A DNA stretch of 64,000 bases from Clostridia bacterium. Lineage in GTDB: Bacteria; Bacillota; Clostridia; Oscillospirales; CAG-272. The position numbers and the translations under genes are program-made. Positions 51,519 to 60,906 of this stretch are shown here, piece by piece. Where the stretch lies: assembly GCA_017463405.1 (NCBI GenBank), contig JAFTPJ010000003.1:56103-120102 (forward strand). Reading direction: 5' to 3'. How positions within the stretch are numbered: the stretch's first letter is position 1; each line of letters begins with the position of its first letter. Under the pieces are notes generated by a model. That model had not been told where the DNA came from. It ran no database searches and saw nothing but the letters and a program-made list of their open reading frames with translations.

Positions 51519-53404
51519 ATAACGGTGAAAGAAGACCCTCCGGGGGAGGAAACGGAAATCCACCGATCATTCCGCTGGGCGGCAGACGCGGTCCCGGTGG
51601 CGGAGGACCCATGGCGGCACGCATGAATGCGGAAAAACCCAAGAATACCAAGCGGACGGTCGGACGACTGTTGCATTATATCGGACGCAGTAAGGTCATC
51701 CTGATCGTTTTACTCGGCATCATGCTGGCGGTCACAGTGGCGGATCTGTTGGGACCGTTCTTCCAGGCGAAGGCGATCGATACCTTCAAGGTGGACGGCG
51801 CGGGGAATTTCTTCGTTGACATGAACGTGCTGACGGGGTATCTGATCGCGATGGTTGTGATCTTCGTTTGCAGTGCGTCGCTGTCCTTTTTCCAAGGGGT
51901 GCTGTCGGCAAAGCTTTCTCAACAAACAGTGCGGAGCATGCGCGGAGATCTGTTCAAAAAGATCTCGCATCTGCCAATCAGCTACACCGATTCGCACCGC
52001 CACGGCGATATTATGTCGCGTATGACAAATGACGTGGAGAATGTCTCCAACGCCATCTCGCAATCCATCACCACACTGTTTTCCTGCGTGCTGACTTTGG
52101 TCGGTGCTTTGGTGATGATGCTTTATTACAGCTGGGAGATGACTTTGATCGCGATGATCAGCATTCCGCTATCGATTCTTGTGTCCTCACAGCTCGGCAA
52201 ATTCATGCGCAAGTATTTCGTGCGTCAGCAAAAGCTGCTCGGTCAGCTCAACGGGCAGGTCGAGGAGACGGTGACATCTTATAAGACCGTGGTTGCGTTC
52301 GGCAAGGAACCCGAATCGGTGGAAAAATTCGCGGCGATTTCATACGAGCTTCGCTCCTGTGCTGTCAAGGCGAAGGTCTGGGGCTCGATCATGGGGCCGA
52401 TCATGAACTTCATCGGAAATCTGCAGTACGTCCTCATCGCGGCGACGGGCGGATGGATGGTGCTCGGCGGCTTCGGTTCGGTTACGGTGGGCAGCATTCA
52501 GGCGATGCTACAGTACTCCAAGAAATTCACGCATCCGATCAATCAGATTGCAAACCAGTATTCGAGCATTCTGACCGCGCTTGCGGGTGCGGAGCGCATT
52601 TTTGAGATCATGGACAGCGCGGACGAGGTGGACGAGGGCAAGAAAAAGCTCGATGCCGCCGCAGTCAAGGGCAACATCGAGTTTCGGGATATTCGATTCG
52701 GATACGTTCCGGGTGAGCCCGTGCTCAAGGGGCTGAATCTTTCGGTCAAGCCGGGGCAAAAGATTGCCATCGTCGGCGCGACCGGATCGGGCAAGACGAC
52801 CGTGGTCAATCTGCTCACACGCTTTTATGAGCTGGACGGTGGCAGTATTACAATCGACGGTGTCAATATCACCGATATTCCGAAGGCGGAGCTGCGCCGC
52901 ATGATCGCCATCGTTCTGCAGGATACAGTGCTGTTTTCGGACACCATCCGCAACAACATTAAGTATGGACACAGAGAATCCGATGACGAAAAAATGCGTG
53001 CATCTGCCGCAACGGCACGGGCGGATCATTTCATCGACCGTCTGCCCGACGGTTACGACACGGTGCTTGCCGAGTCGGGCTCGAATCTGTCGCAGGGACA
53101 GAGACAGCTGCTCGCGATCGCGCGTGCGGTGCTGGCGGACCCGAAGATCCTGATTCTGGACGAGGCGACCTCGAATGTGGACACGCGTACCGAGATGCAT
53201 ATTCAGCAGGCGATGGTTGCTTTGATGAAGAACCGCACCTCGCTGATCATCGCGCACCGACTTTCGACCATCCGCGACGCGGACGTGATCGTGGTGATCA
53301 AGGACGGCAAGGTTGCGGAGTCGGGTAATCACGATACGCTCCTCTCGCTTGGCGGCGAATACGCAAAGCTGTACAGTAACCAGTTCGCGGGCGTGGCGAC
53401 GTAA
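51515..53404 (+). CDS. ABC exporter, fused permease/ATPase (half-transporter B)
   Basis: 629 aa. It overlaps the upstream gene as ATGA. It has a Gly/Pro-rich N-terminal extension, then GATGSGKTT, LSQGQRQL and ILILDE. Confidence 0.85.
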   Translation: MNNGERRPSGGGNGNPPIIPLGGRRGPGGGGPMAARMNAEKPKNTKRTVGRLLHYIGRSKVILIVLLGIMLAVTVADLLGPFFQAKAIDTFKVDGAGNFFVDMNVLTGYLIAMVVIFVCSASLSFFQGVLSAKLSQQTVRSMRGDLFKKISHLPISYTDSHRHGDIMSRMTNDVENVSNAISQSITTLFSCVLTLVGALVMMLYYSWEMTLIAMISIPLSILVSSQLGKFMRKYFVRQQKLLGQLNGQVEETVTSYKTVVAFGKEPESVEKFAAISYELRSCAVKAKVWGSIMGPIMNFIGNLQYVLIAATGGWMVLGGFGSVTVGSIQAMLQYSKKFTHPINQIANQYSSILTALAGAERIFEIMDSADEVDEGKKKLDAAAVKGNIEFRDIRFGYVPGEPVLKGLNLSVKPGQKIAIVGATGSGKTTVVNLLTRFYELDGGSITIDGVNITDIPKAELRRMIAIVLQDTVLFSDTIRNNIKYGHRESDDEKMRASAATARADHFIDRLPDGYDTVLAESGSNLSQGQRQLLAIARAVLADPKILILDEATSNVDTRTEMHIQQAMVALMKNRTSLIIAHRLSTIRDADVIVVIKDGKVAESGNHDTLLSLGGEYAKLYSNQFAGVAT

Positions 53405-53538
53405 AAAAGTGGAGCGAACGGATTTCGTCGGTTCACAAAAAATTTTGATAAAACTTTTTCAAAAGTTTGCGCAGTGGAGGCGGCTTAAGCCTCCTCGACG
53501 CCCGCGGGCATCGAAATTCCCTTTTCGGCATACAACGT

Positions 53539-53580
53539 AAAACACCCGATCCACTGCTTCGATAGTGAATCGGGTGTTTT
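53539..53580. terminator. Bidirectional terminator between the exporter and importer operons
   Basis: AAAACACCCGAT (53539..53550) pairs with ATCGGGTGTTTT (53569..53580), a 12-bp perfect stem with built-in A and U runs. Confidence 0.7.
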
Positions 53581-53584
53581 GATT

Positions 53585-54331
53585 TCATCCCTCAAAAAAG
53601 CATCTGCCGTCCACCTCGTGACGCGTGACGGAGAAGGTACGCTCAATGATGTCGGTGGCAAGGACCTCGGCGGTCGTGCCATGGAAGGCGATGTGTCCCG
53701 CATCCATGACCGCGACGCGATCGGCGAAGCGCAAAGCGCAATTGAGATCGTGCATGACCGCAAGCACGGTCTTTTTTTGTTGCTCCATGAGCGTGCGGAG
53801 CAGCGCCATAAAGTGATGCGCGACGGAGACGTCCATATAGGTAGTCGGCTCGTCAAGGACCAGGAGCGGCGCGTTTTGTGCGAGTATCATGGCAAGGTAT
53901 GCCTTTTGACGCTCACCGCCCGAGAGTATATCGAGGTATTGCGTGCGCAGGGAATCGAGTACGGTTGCATGGATCGCGGATTCGACCGCCGCGGTGTCTT
54001 TGTCGCCAAAGCGTTGTCCGAGTGTGAGGTGCGGAGTGCGTCCGAGACGCACCAATTCCTCCACCGTCATGTGCGGAGATTGCAAGATTTGCGGTAGGAT
54101 CGCGATGCGCTGTGCGCGCTTGCGCGGAGAGAGGCTGTGCAGGTCCTGACTGTCCGACAGAAGCGCGCCCGTGTGGCGACGCATGCCGCCGATGCAGGAG
54201 ACGAGCGTGGATTTTCCACACCCGTTTTTACCGATCAGCACGGTCAACGCGTTGGGTTCAAGTGTCATGGAAAGGTCGGAGAGGATCGTTTTGTGACCGA
54301 CCGCTACGCACAGACGTTTGATTTCAAGCAT
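53585..54331 (-). CDS. ABC importer ATPase (FecE/BtuD-type)
   Basis: 248 aa with GKNGCGKST, LSGGERQK and LLVLDEP. Confidence 0.85.
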   Translation of the reverse strand: MLEIKRLCVAVGHKTILSDLSMTLEPNALTVLIGKNGCGKSTLVSCIGGMRRHTGALLSDSQDLHSLSPRKRAQRIAILPQILQSPHMTVEELVRLGRTPHLTLGQRFGDKDTAAVESAIHATVLDSLRTQYLDILSGGERQKAYLAMILAQNAPLLVLDEPTTYMDVSVAHHFMALLRTLMEQQKKTVLAVMHDLNCALRFADRVAVMDAGHIAFHGTTAEVLATDIIERTFSVTRHEVDGRCFFEG

Positions 54332-55319
54332 GTCGATTCCCCCTTATCAGCAGAAATAGGAAGAACGGCGCGCCCACCAGGGCCATGATGATGCCCACGG
54401 GGATCTCGGTGGGGGAGAGTAGCGTGCGTCCGAGCAGATCGGCAAGTAAAACGAGCGTGCCGCCGAGCGTTGCGGAGGCGATCAGCACGTGCCGTGTGTA
54501 TCCGCCGACCAATTTTCGCGCGACGTGCGGAACGATCAGTCCGACAAAGCCGAGCAGTCCTGCAAAGCTGACTGCCGCCGCCGCAGATGCCGATGCACAG
54601 ATCAGCGCCACTGTGCGCAAGGGACGTACGCGGATGCCGAGTGCGCATGCCACGGTATCACCGAGGCGGAGGGCTTCCAGCTGTCTTGAGAGCGTCAGCG
54701 CGCCGACGAAGGAAAGCACAATGAGTATGGCGGGGAGGGGAAGGCGATCAAAGGAAAGCCCCGACAGCCCTCCCACAGAAAAATAGCTGTAGGCGGAGAG
54801 CACGTCGGTATCGATCAGCGAGATCAGTGAGATCGCCGCGTTGAGGATTGAGGTCAGCGCAATGCCCGCAAGGATAACGGTTGCGCGTGACGCGCCGAAG
54901 CGCCCTGCTGTGCCGATGATGACGAGCGTGGTCAGGAATGCGCCGACGAACGCGGCGAGCGGCAAAAGGGGAGACGCCGCGGGGAAGAACGCCAAAAGCA
55001 GAATCACGAAAAAGCCCGCGCCCGAGTTGACGCCGATGACGTTGGGGCTTGCCAAAGCGTTGTCGGTCACGCTTTGCAGAAGCACGCCCGCGACCGAGAG
55101 CCCGACGCCCGCCAAGATTGCGCCGAGCGCGCGGGGGAGTCGGATGCCCTGCATGATGACGCTTGCTGTGCCGTTGCCCACGCCGAAAAGCCCTCCCAGC
55201 GCTTCTGCGGGCGAGAGAGACGCACCGCCGAGGAGGAGGGAGAGAAGCATTGTGAGTATGAGGGCGCCCCCGGAGATTGCCAGGATCGGATATACGGCTT
55301 TACGGTTGCTCGGTTTCAT
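54324..55319 (-). CDS. FecCD/BtuC-family ABC importer permease
   Basis: ORF track 54324..55331 begins with a TTG. ATG 55319 (MKPSNRK) is the more likely start. It is hydrophobic throughout, ending in the FecCD-type ...GAPFFLFLLIR. Confidence 0.85.
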   Translation of the reverse strand: MKPSNRKAVYPILAISGGALILTMLLSLLLGGASLSPAEALGGLFGVGNGTASVIMQGIRLPRALGAILAGVGLSVAGVLLQSVTDNALASPNVIGVNSGAGFFVILLLAFFPAASPLLPLAAFVGAFLTTLVIIGTAGRFGASRATVILAGIALTSILNAAISLISLIDTDVLSAYSYFSVGGLSGLSFDRLPLPAILIVLSFVGALTLSRQLEALRLGDTVACALGIRVRPLRTVALICASASAAAAVSFAGLLGFVGLIVPHVARKLVGGYTRHVLIASATLGGTLVLLADLLGRTLLSPTEIPVGIIMALVGAPFFLFLLIRGNRHA

Positions 55320-56250
55320 ATAAAAATGCAATCAGATAGCGATACGCCTCGTCCCAGCGGGCGTTCGGCTTGTATTGAAACAGGTCCTTCGGAAGATAGA
55401 CGCATTTGCCCTCACGGACGGCAGTCAGGGTCTGCCAGACGACATTTTGCGCGATGAAATTCTTTGCCGCCGTCTCGTTTCCCATGGTGGAGACGAAGAT
55501 GTAGGAGGGATCCTTCTGCACGATCACCTCGTCGTTCAGTCCGTCGAGCAGGATGGGTGCGTCGTTTGCGATATTGTACGCACCGATCTCCTCCAGCATG
55601 GCTGCCGCGAAGTGCAGATCTGCGGTTTTTGCTTTGATAAAGGATGAGCCTGCGCGGACGAAGAGAACATCGGGTGCGGCTTGGAGTTCGGGAAGCGCCG
55701 ACAGCATCGCGTCGATGCGATCACGGACGGCGATGCCGTTGGCTTGGTAGGCGGAAGCGTCCTCGGTGACGTCGGTGCAGATCTTCAGCACGCGGAGATA
55801 ATCCGCAAAGGATTCGATACGGAAGCACGCGGCGGGGATGCCGCTCCGGTTCAGAAGGGCAGCTGCCTGCACCTGCTTTTCCACGTCTGCCGAGCAGATC
55901 ACGAAATCGGGTTGCGCGGCGATGAGCAGCTCGGTGTTGATCGTTTTTCCGGCACCCGCGTCTACGAGAATTGCGTTCGCATCGGTGAAGCCGCGCTCCA
56001 CACTCTCACCAACCGTGATCGAAACGTTGCCGCCTGCCGACACCCATACGTCGGCCAATGAGGAGAACAGAACCGCCACGCGCTGTGGCTTTTTTGAAAG
56101 CTCAATTGTGACGCCCGTGTCATCCGTAAACGCATAAAAGGCATCCGAAACGGGGGCATCGATGTTTCCGTTTGTGCAGGATGTAAGTGCTAAAATCAAG
56201 AGGATGAGCGAGAGGAGGAGGGAAAGGATACGGTGGATTCTCATTGTCAT
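55300..56250 (-). CDS. Periplasmic-binding-protein type (BtuF/FhuD-like) substrate-binding lipoprotein
   Basis: 316 aa. The lipobox is LLILALTSC. It is followed by a class III SBP-like sequence (RVAVLFSSLADVW...PDFVICS). Confidence 0.75.
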   Translation of the reverse strand: MTMRIHRILSLLLSLILLILALTSCTNGNIDAPVSDAFYAFTDDTGVTIELSKKPQRVAVLFSSLADVWVSAGGNVSITVGESVERGFTDANAILVDAGAGKTINTELLIAAQPDFVICSADVEKQVQAAALLNRSGIPAACFRIESFADYLRVLKICTDVTEDASAYQANGIAVRDRIDAMLSALPELQAAPDVLFVRAGSSFIKAKTADLHFAAAMLEEIGAYNIANDAPILLDGLNDEVIVQKDPSYIFVSTMGNETAAKNFIAQNVVWQTLTAVREGKCVYLPKDLFQYKPNARWDEAYRYLIAFLYETEQP

Positions 56251-57830
56251 GCCTTGTCTGCGAGGATCTCGTCTTTGCGAAGCAGAAGGGAGTCGGAGGC
56301 GAGGAGCGCCTGTACCTTCTCAAAACCGAGGCGTGCGATTGTATCGGCAAAGCGTTCGCCTGCCTCTCCCTTGTCACGGAAGAGGAGGATACATTTTTCG
56401 ACGAGTGCGAGTACCTCATCCTCGCTCGTGCAGATATAATCGAGTGCGCGACCGCGTGCGACCTGCTTGCCCCAGCGCCCACCGACGGTGACGCAGTAGC
56501 CCGTGAGCTGTGCTTCGACAGCTCCAAAGGGACATTTGCCGACGCAACGTCCGCAATGGTTGCAACGGTCGGGATCGATGTAAATTTTCCCGTCGATGAT
56601 GCGCGCGAGCTTGATAGAGCACGCCTTCTCAATCTGACAGATCTTACAGCTGCGGCACTTGCATGCGTCCACGGCGGGGATGCGCTGACCGATGATACCG
56701 ATGTCGTTGAGATCGGGCTTGACGCAGTTGTTGGGACAGCCGCCGACCCCGATCTTGAATTTGTGCGGTAGCTTGACACTGTGATAGCCCTCGTAAAAGC
56801 GCTCGTGAAGCTTTTCGGCGAGCGCGAAGGTGTCGATCAGACCGTACTGACAGGTTGTGCCCTTGCAGGAAACGATGGGACGGACGCGCGGTCCCGTACC
56901 GCCGGTTGCAAGTCTGTGCTCGGCAAGATACGCACAGAATGGCTCGATATTGACGTAGGGAATGCGCTGTACCTCAAAGCTCATGCGCGTGGTCAGGGCG
57001 ACCTCGCCGCTACCGAACAGACGCGCCGCCTCGGCGACGGTCTCCAGTACTTTGGCGGGGACCTTACCACCTCGCGTAATCACGCGGGCGTTGAAGCAAT
57101 CCTCGGTCGTTTTGTCACGCAGAAAGCCCAGTCCTTTGACGCGGGCGATATCCTCTGCGGTGGGAATGATTCTTTTGCTTTCCATGAAGAAATCCTCCGA
57201 TGTATTTTCAAACGTTTCGATAAAAGCATGTGCGTGTTTTTTGACGGTCTCCAGCTCCTCGGCACTTTGCAGATCCTTGACACCGAAGGTACAAAAGCCT
57301 GCCCGCCTTGCATTTTCCACGGCAATGACATTGTCGTCAAAATAGCGCACCTCGTGCATACTGCAGCCGATTCTTTTTGCGACTGCGCGGAAGATGCGCG
57401 TGTCGGATTTGGTCAGGGCGAAGTCCTCCACCGACCACACCTCCTCGAACAGGTCGAACACACCGTTTGCCTTGAGGCAGGCGTCGGTTACAAGGTGCGG
57501 GCTTGCGGTCAGAACGAACAGGCGTGCGCCGTGTGCTTTGAGATTGCAGAGCAACTCGCCAACGCCCGGCTTGAGCTTGATTTTCTGGGAGTATGCCGCA
57601 TAGAGACGGTGTTCGATCTCTGCAACGATGTCGTCGACGCTATTCTTGGCGCCGAGAGTGTTGACGTAATATTCTGCAGTTTTGCGGTAGCCGAGTGGAG
57701 TGACAGTCTTGATGAGATCGTCGCCGTACGGGATGCCCGCGTCGTCGAGTACACCCGTCATTGCGGCGGCAAAATGCGACATAGAGTCGATCAATGTACC
57801 GTCCAGATCAAATACAAAAGCGCTTTTCAT
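56247..57830 (-). CDS. Fusion protein: HAD-superfamily hydrolase (N) + nitrite/sulfite-reductase-like [4Fe-4S]/ferredoxin domain protein (C)
   Basis: ORF track 56247..57956. I trimmed the start to ATG 57830 (MKSAFVFDLDGTLIDS = HAD motif I), which has an AAGAGGT RBS. HAD motifs FVLTASP and YFDDN are present. From about residue 215, the sequence reads ...RPIVSCKGTTCQYG...KIGVGGCPNNCVKP with an inserted ferredoxin-type segment (CKCRSCKICQ...CNHCGRCVGKCP). Confidence 0.7.
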   Translation of the reverse strand: MKSAFVFDLDGTLIDSMSHFAAAMTGVLDDAGIPYGDDLIKTVTPLGYRKTAEYYVNTLGAKNSVDDIVAEIEHRLYAAYSQKIKLKPGVGELLCNLKAHGARLFVLTASPHLVTDACLKANGVFDLFEEVWSVEDFALTKSDTRIFRAVAKRIGCSMHEVRYFDDNVIAVENARRAGFCTFGVKDLQSAEELETVKKHAHAFIETFENTSEDFFMESKRIIPTAEDIARVKGLGFLRDKTTEDCFNARVITRGGKVPAKVLETVAEAARLFGSGEVALTTRMSFEVQRIPYVNIEPFCAYLAEHRLATGGTGPRVRPIVSCKGTTCQYGLIDTFALAEKLHERFYEGYHSVKLPHKFKIGVGGCPNNCVKPDLNDIGIIGQRIPAVDACKCRSCKICQIEKACSIKLARIIDGKIYIDPDRCNHCGRCVGKCPFGAVEAQLTGYCVTVGGRWGKQVARGRALDYICTSEDEVLALVEKCILLFRDKGEAGERFADTIARLGFEKVQALLASDSLLLRKDEILADKA

Positions 57831-57857
57831 TTGTTTACCTCTTTTCTTGTATAACCC

Positions 57858-57886
57858 ATTATAGCACAAAAAAATATCTTTTTCAA
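57858..57886 (-). promoter_or_regulatory. Promoter (extended -10) of the HAD::SiR-like / ABC importer operon
   Basis: The reverse complement reads TTGAAA-aagatatttttttgtgc(17, ending TGC)-TATAAT. Only about 27 nt separate -10 from the ATG. Confidence 0.55.
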
Positions 57887-57949
57887 GCCGTTTGTCGCTT
57901 TTTTGGAGAGTCGGCGTGATATTTTGAACATAAAAAGTGAGATTTTGTA

Positions 57950-57978
57950 TTGACAATCGGGCGGCATTTTTGTATAAT
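57950..57978 (+). promoter_or_regulatory. Consensus promoter (extended -10) of the amino-sugar operon
   Basis: TTGACA (57950..57955), a 17-nt spacer ending in TG, then TATAAT (57973..57978). It lies about 45 nt upstream of the AAAGGAGG RBS and ATG 58025. Confidence 0.65.
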
Positions 57979-58024
57979 GATGATGGTAAAGTATGCCATA
58001 CGATATAAAAGGAGGAATACTGAT

Positions 58025-59167
58025 ATGTTAGCGATCAAAAACGCGGTGCTGGTTATGCGCGATCATTTTATCCCCGATGCGGTGCTTCTGACAGAGGGAG
58101 GCAAGATCGTCGATTTCGGTGAGATGCGCGAGTTTCCCATCCCCGAGGGGTGTGAGGTGATTGATGCCGAGGGGCTGTATGTCGGTCCCGGGTTTGTAGA
58201 TATTCACACGCATTCCGACGGAAGAGTATTTCTGCAGGATGAGCCGGAGGTGGCGTGCCTGCACCATCTCAAGCACGGTACCACGACCCTGCTCCCCGCG
58301 CTTTATTTCAACATGAATACCGAAATGTACGTGGAGAAAATCAACTTTTTGCGTGAGGCGATGAAAAAAGATGCTTGCGCAAACATCGGTGGCCTTTATA
58401 TGGAGGGACCCTACCTCAATCCCAAATTCGGATGTGAGCGCGAATCTAACCCGTGGCGCGACGGTGTGAACCGTGAAAAATACGCACCGATCATCGATGC
58501 GGCATGGGATCTTGCACGCGTTTGGGCACTGGCGCCTGAACGGGAGAACATCCTGCAGTTTGTGCTTGACGTCAAGGCGAAGAATCCCGGCGCGGTGTTC
58601 ACCGTGGCACACAGCGAGGCGTCTCCACAGCAGATCGAGGCGCTGATGCCCTACGGTCTGAAGATCGGAACGCATCATACCAACGCAACCGGCGACCGTG
58701 TGAAATATCCCGAATGCCGCGGCGTTTGCGTAGATGAGGCGGTCAACTATAACCGCGAGATTTACGCCGAGCTGATCTGTGATAGCAGGGGCATTCACGT
58801 CGATCCCTATATGCTCCGTCTTGTCAGACGCATCAAGGGCGACGATCGTATCATCCTGATCTCCGACGCATACGCTTGCGACGGTCCTATCCCTCCCGGA
58901 TACGACGGCGTGGACGATATCAACTTTGACCATGCGGGTGAGATCGCCGGCTCGAAGCTGACGCTGGACATCGCTTGCCGCAACATGATTAAGCACACGG
59001 GCGCGTCGATCGTGGACGTGTTCAAGTTCGCGTCCTATAATCCCGCAATGGCGGTCGGCTTCTGCGATCGCGGCGAGATCGCCGTCGGTAAGCGTGCGGA
59101 TCTGACGTTCGTCGATTATAAAATGGGTGTGCACAAGGTATTGCTCGGAGGAGAGGTTAAGGCATGA
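58025..59167 (+). CDS. NagA-like amidohydrolase (N-acetyl-hexosamine-6-phosphate deacetylase family)
   Basis: ORF track 57950..59167. I trimmed the start to ATG 58025 (MLAIKNAVL). Motifs are GPGFVDIHTHSDG (metal H-x-H), a NagA-like length of 380 aa, ...TVAHSEA... and the C-terminal ...GEIAVGKRADLTFVD. Confidence 0.65.
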   Translation: MLAIKNAVLVMRDHFIPDAVLLTEGGKIVDFGEMREFPIPEGCEVIDAEGLYVGPGFVDIHTHSDGRVFLQDEPEVACLHHLKHGTTTLLPALYFNMNTEMYVEKINFLREAMKKDACANIGGLYMEGPYLNPKFGCERESNPWRDGVNREKYAPIIDAAWDLARVWALAPERENILQFVLDVKAKNPGAVFTVAHSEASPQQIEALMPYGLKIGTHHTNATGDRVKYPECRGVCVDEAVNYNREIYAELICDSRGIHVDPYMLRLVRRIKGDDRIILISDAYACDGPIPPGYDGVDDINFDHAGEIAGSKLTLDIACRNMIKHTGASIVDVFKFASYNPAMAVGFCDRGEIAVGKRADLTFVDYKMGVHKVLLGGEVKA

Positions 59168-59766
59168 GAACCTACGTGATCAAGAAAATGACGGCGGGTG
59201 GCTGGGATGCGATCCCTATGCTGGAGATCGATCACCCCTACTTTGAAACGCCCGATCACATCAAGGCGTATGCGCAGATCGCGTATGATGACGAGGCGAT
59301 CCTTGTGCATCTTTCTACGAAAGAGCGCGTGATCCGCGCCGTGGAGAACGGTCCTCTCGGCAGTCCTTGCGAGGACAGCTGTCTGGAGTTCTTTTTCTGC
59401 CCCACAGAGGGGGACAAGCGCTATTTCAATATTGAGTTCAATTCCAATGGATGCATGTATCTCGGCTTTGGCAGTGGAATCGTCGATCTGGTACGCCTCG
59501 TCCCCGACGGGGGTGCGGAAATCTTTTCGCCCGATATTCGCAAGGGGGATGGCGAGTGGGAGATCTTCTACCGCGTGTCCCACAGCTTCGTTCGTCGCTT
59601 TTTCCCCGACTTCAAGGTGTATGCGGGTAAGCGTATGCGCGCCAATTGCTACAAATGTGCCGATTTTTCCGAGCCGCCCCACTATCTGGCGTGGAGCCCG
59701 ATCGTCGGTGAGCCCTTCAAATTCCACCGTCCGGAGTGCTACGGTGAGATGATTTTCGGAGAGTAA
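59164..59766 (+). CDS. CBM9-like (DOMON-type) carbohydrate-binding-fold protein, cytoplasmic
   Basis: 200 aa with no signal peptide. AQIAYDDEAILVHL...DSCLEFFFCP...YFNIEFNSNG is typical of carbohydrate-binding family 9-like domains. It overlaps the upstream gene as ATGA. Confidence 0.5.
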   Translation: MRTYVIKKMTAGGWDAIPMLEIDHPYFETPDHIKAYAQIAYDDEAILVHLSTKERVIRAVENGPLGSPCEDSCLEFFFCPTEGDKRYFNIEFNSNGCMYLGFGSGIVDLVRLVPDGGAEIFSPDIRKGDGEWEIFYRVSHSFVRRFFPDFKVYAGKRMRANCYKCADFSEPPHYLAWSPIVGEPFKFHRPECYGEMIFGE

Positions 59767-59874
59767 GATGCAATTTACGAAATAAATTCGCTTTTGGGGC
59801 GACCTATTGACTTTCCGAAATTGATATGGTATAATGAAAATGATAATACAAAAACTTACAAAGGAGAAAAAACA

Positions 59875-60864
59875 ATGAAAGACATTATCTTTGATCCCCC
59901 TACGAAATTTGATTTTAAGTGCCCCGACTACGTTCCCTTCAAGGACCGTGAGCTTTGCGAGCGCCTTCGCAAGATCAGCGGCACGGATCTGGAGTACCGT
60001 GATCCTTGGCATCATCCCGAATTCAATATCAAGGTCATGATGAACCCTCATCCCGTTCTGATTGCTACACTGTTCTCCCGCTTGAAGGAAGCGAGCGAGG
60101 CGGGCAGAAAATTCAGCATGATCCTCGGTAACCCCGAGCCCGATACCTACATTCCTTTGGCACAGCTGATCAACTACTTTAAGGTTGACTGCTCCAAGGT
60201 ACACATTTTCGCAATGGACGAGTGGGCAGACGATATGGGCAACATCGCTCCCGAGACCTACGAGGCAGGCTTTGCACACTCCATGCTCAAGTACTTCGTA
60301 TATCAGATTGATCCCAAGCTCCGTATGCCGCTTGAGAACGTACACTATCCCACCAACGAGAACATCGGCTACTACTCCAAGATGATCACCGATATCGGTG
60401 AGGGCGGCGCTGACATCTGCTCCTCCTCTCCCGGATGGACCGGTCACATGGCGTTCATCGATCCCGTTGACGATTTCTTCCCCGCGAAGAAGGCAGACGG
60501 CAGCTACGACATCGACGAGTGGCTCAACATGGAGGCGCGCATCGTAACGCTGCATCCTCTCACCGTTGCGCAGAACTCTCTGCACGGCGTATTCGGTCAG
60601 TCCGGCTATATGCAGTCCGTGCCTCCCAAGGCAGCGACCATCGGACCGGTTGACGTTAAGAACGCACGCGAGAGAATCGAGGTTCACGCACTGATGACCA
60701 ACGGTACGTTCTCTTCCTGGCAGAGAATGACCTCCCGTCTGGTTCTCCACGGACCCGTGACACCCGAGATTCCTTCCTCCATGTTGCAGACTATGAAGAC
60801 GCAGGTGCTGGTCAGCGACGAGCTTGCTGCTCCGTTTGAGTGCTGGGAAAAGGTTGGATATTGA
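59875..60864 (+). CDS. NagB-superfamily glucosamine-6-phosphate deaminase/isomerase-like protein (long form)
   Basis: ORF track 59794..60864. I trimmed the start to ATG 59875 (MKDIIF), which has an AAAGGAG RBS. IFAMDEWADD corresponds to the (L/M)DE(Y/W) motif of NagB/6-phosphogluconolactonase-fold enzymes. Confidence 0.55.
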   Translation: MKDIIFDPPTKFDFKCPDYVPFKDRELCERLRKISGTDLEYRDPWHHPEFNIKVMMNPHPVLIATLFSRLKEASEAGRKFSMILGNPEPDTYIPLAQLINYFKVDCSKVHIFAMDEWADDMGNIAPETYEAGFAHSMLKYFVYQIDPKLRMPLENVHYPTNENIGYYSKMITDIGEGGADICSSSPGWTGHMAFIDPVDDFFPAKKADGSYDIDEWLNMEARIVTLHPLTVAQNSLHGVFGQSGYMQSVPPKAATIGPVDVKNARERIEVHALMTNGTFSSWQRMTSRLVLHGPVTPEIPSSMLQTMKTQVLVSDELAAPFECWEKVGY

Positions 60865-60906
60865 TCTGCCGACAGGCAAACAAACAGCAAAGGTCGCAAA
60901 TAACAG

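Noticed and set aside
57831-58024. A possible cobalamin, haem or other riboswitch upstream of the BtuF-type importer operon.
   Set aside because: The -10 element at 57858..57863 leaves only a ~27-nt leader before ATG 57830. That is too short for a riboswitch. The remaining spacer is occupied by the divergent promoter of the amino-sugar operon.
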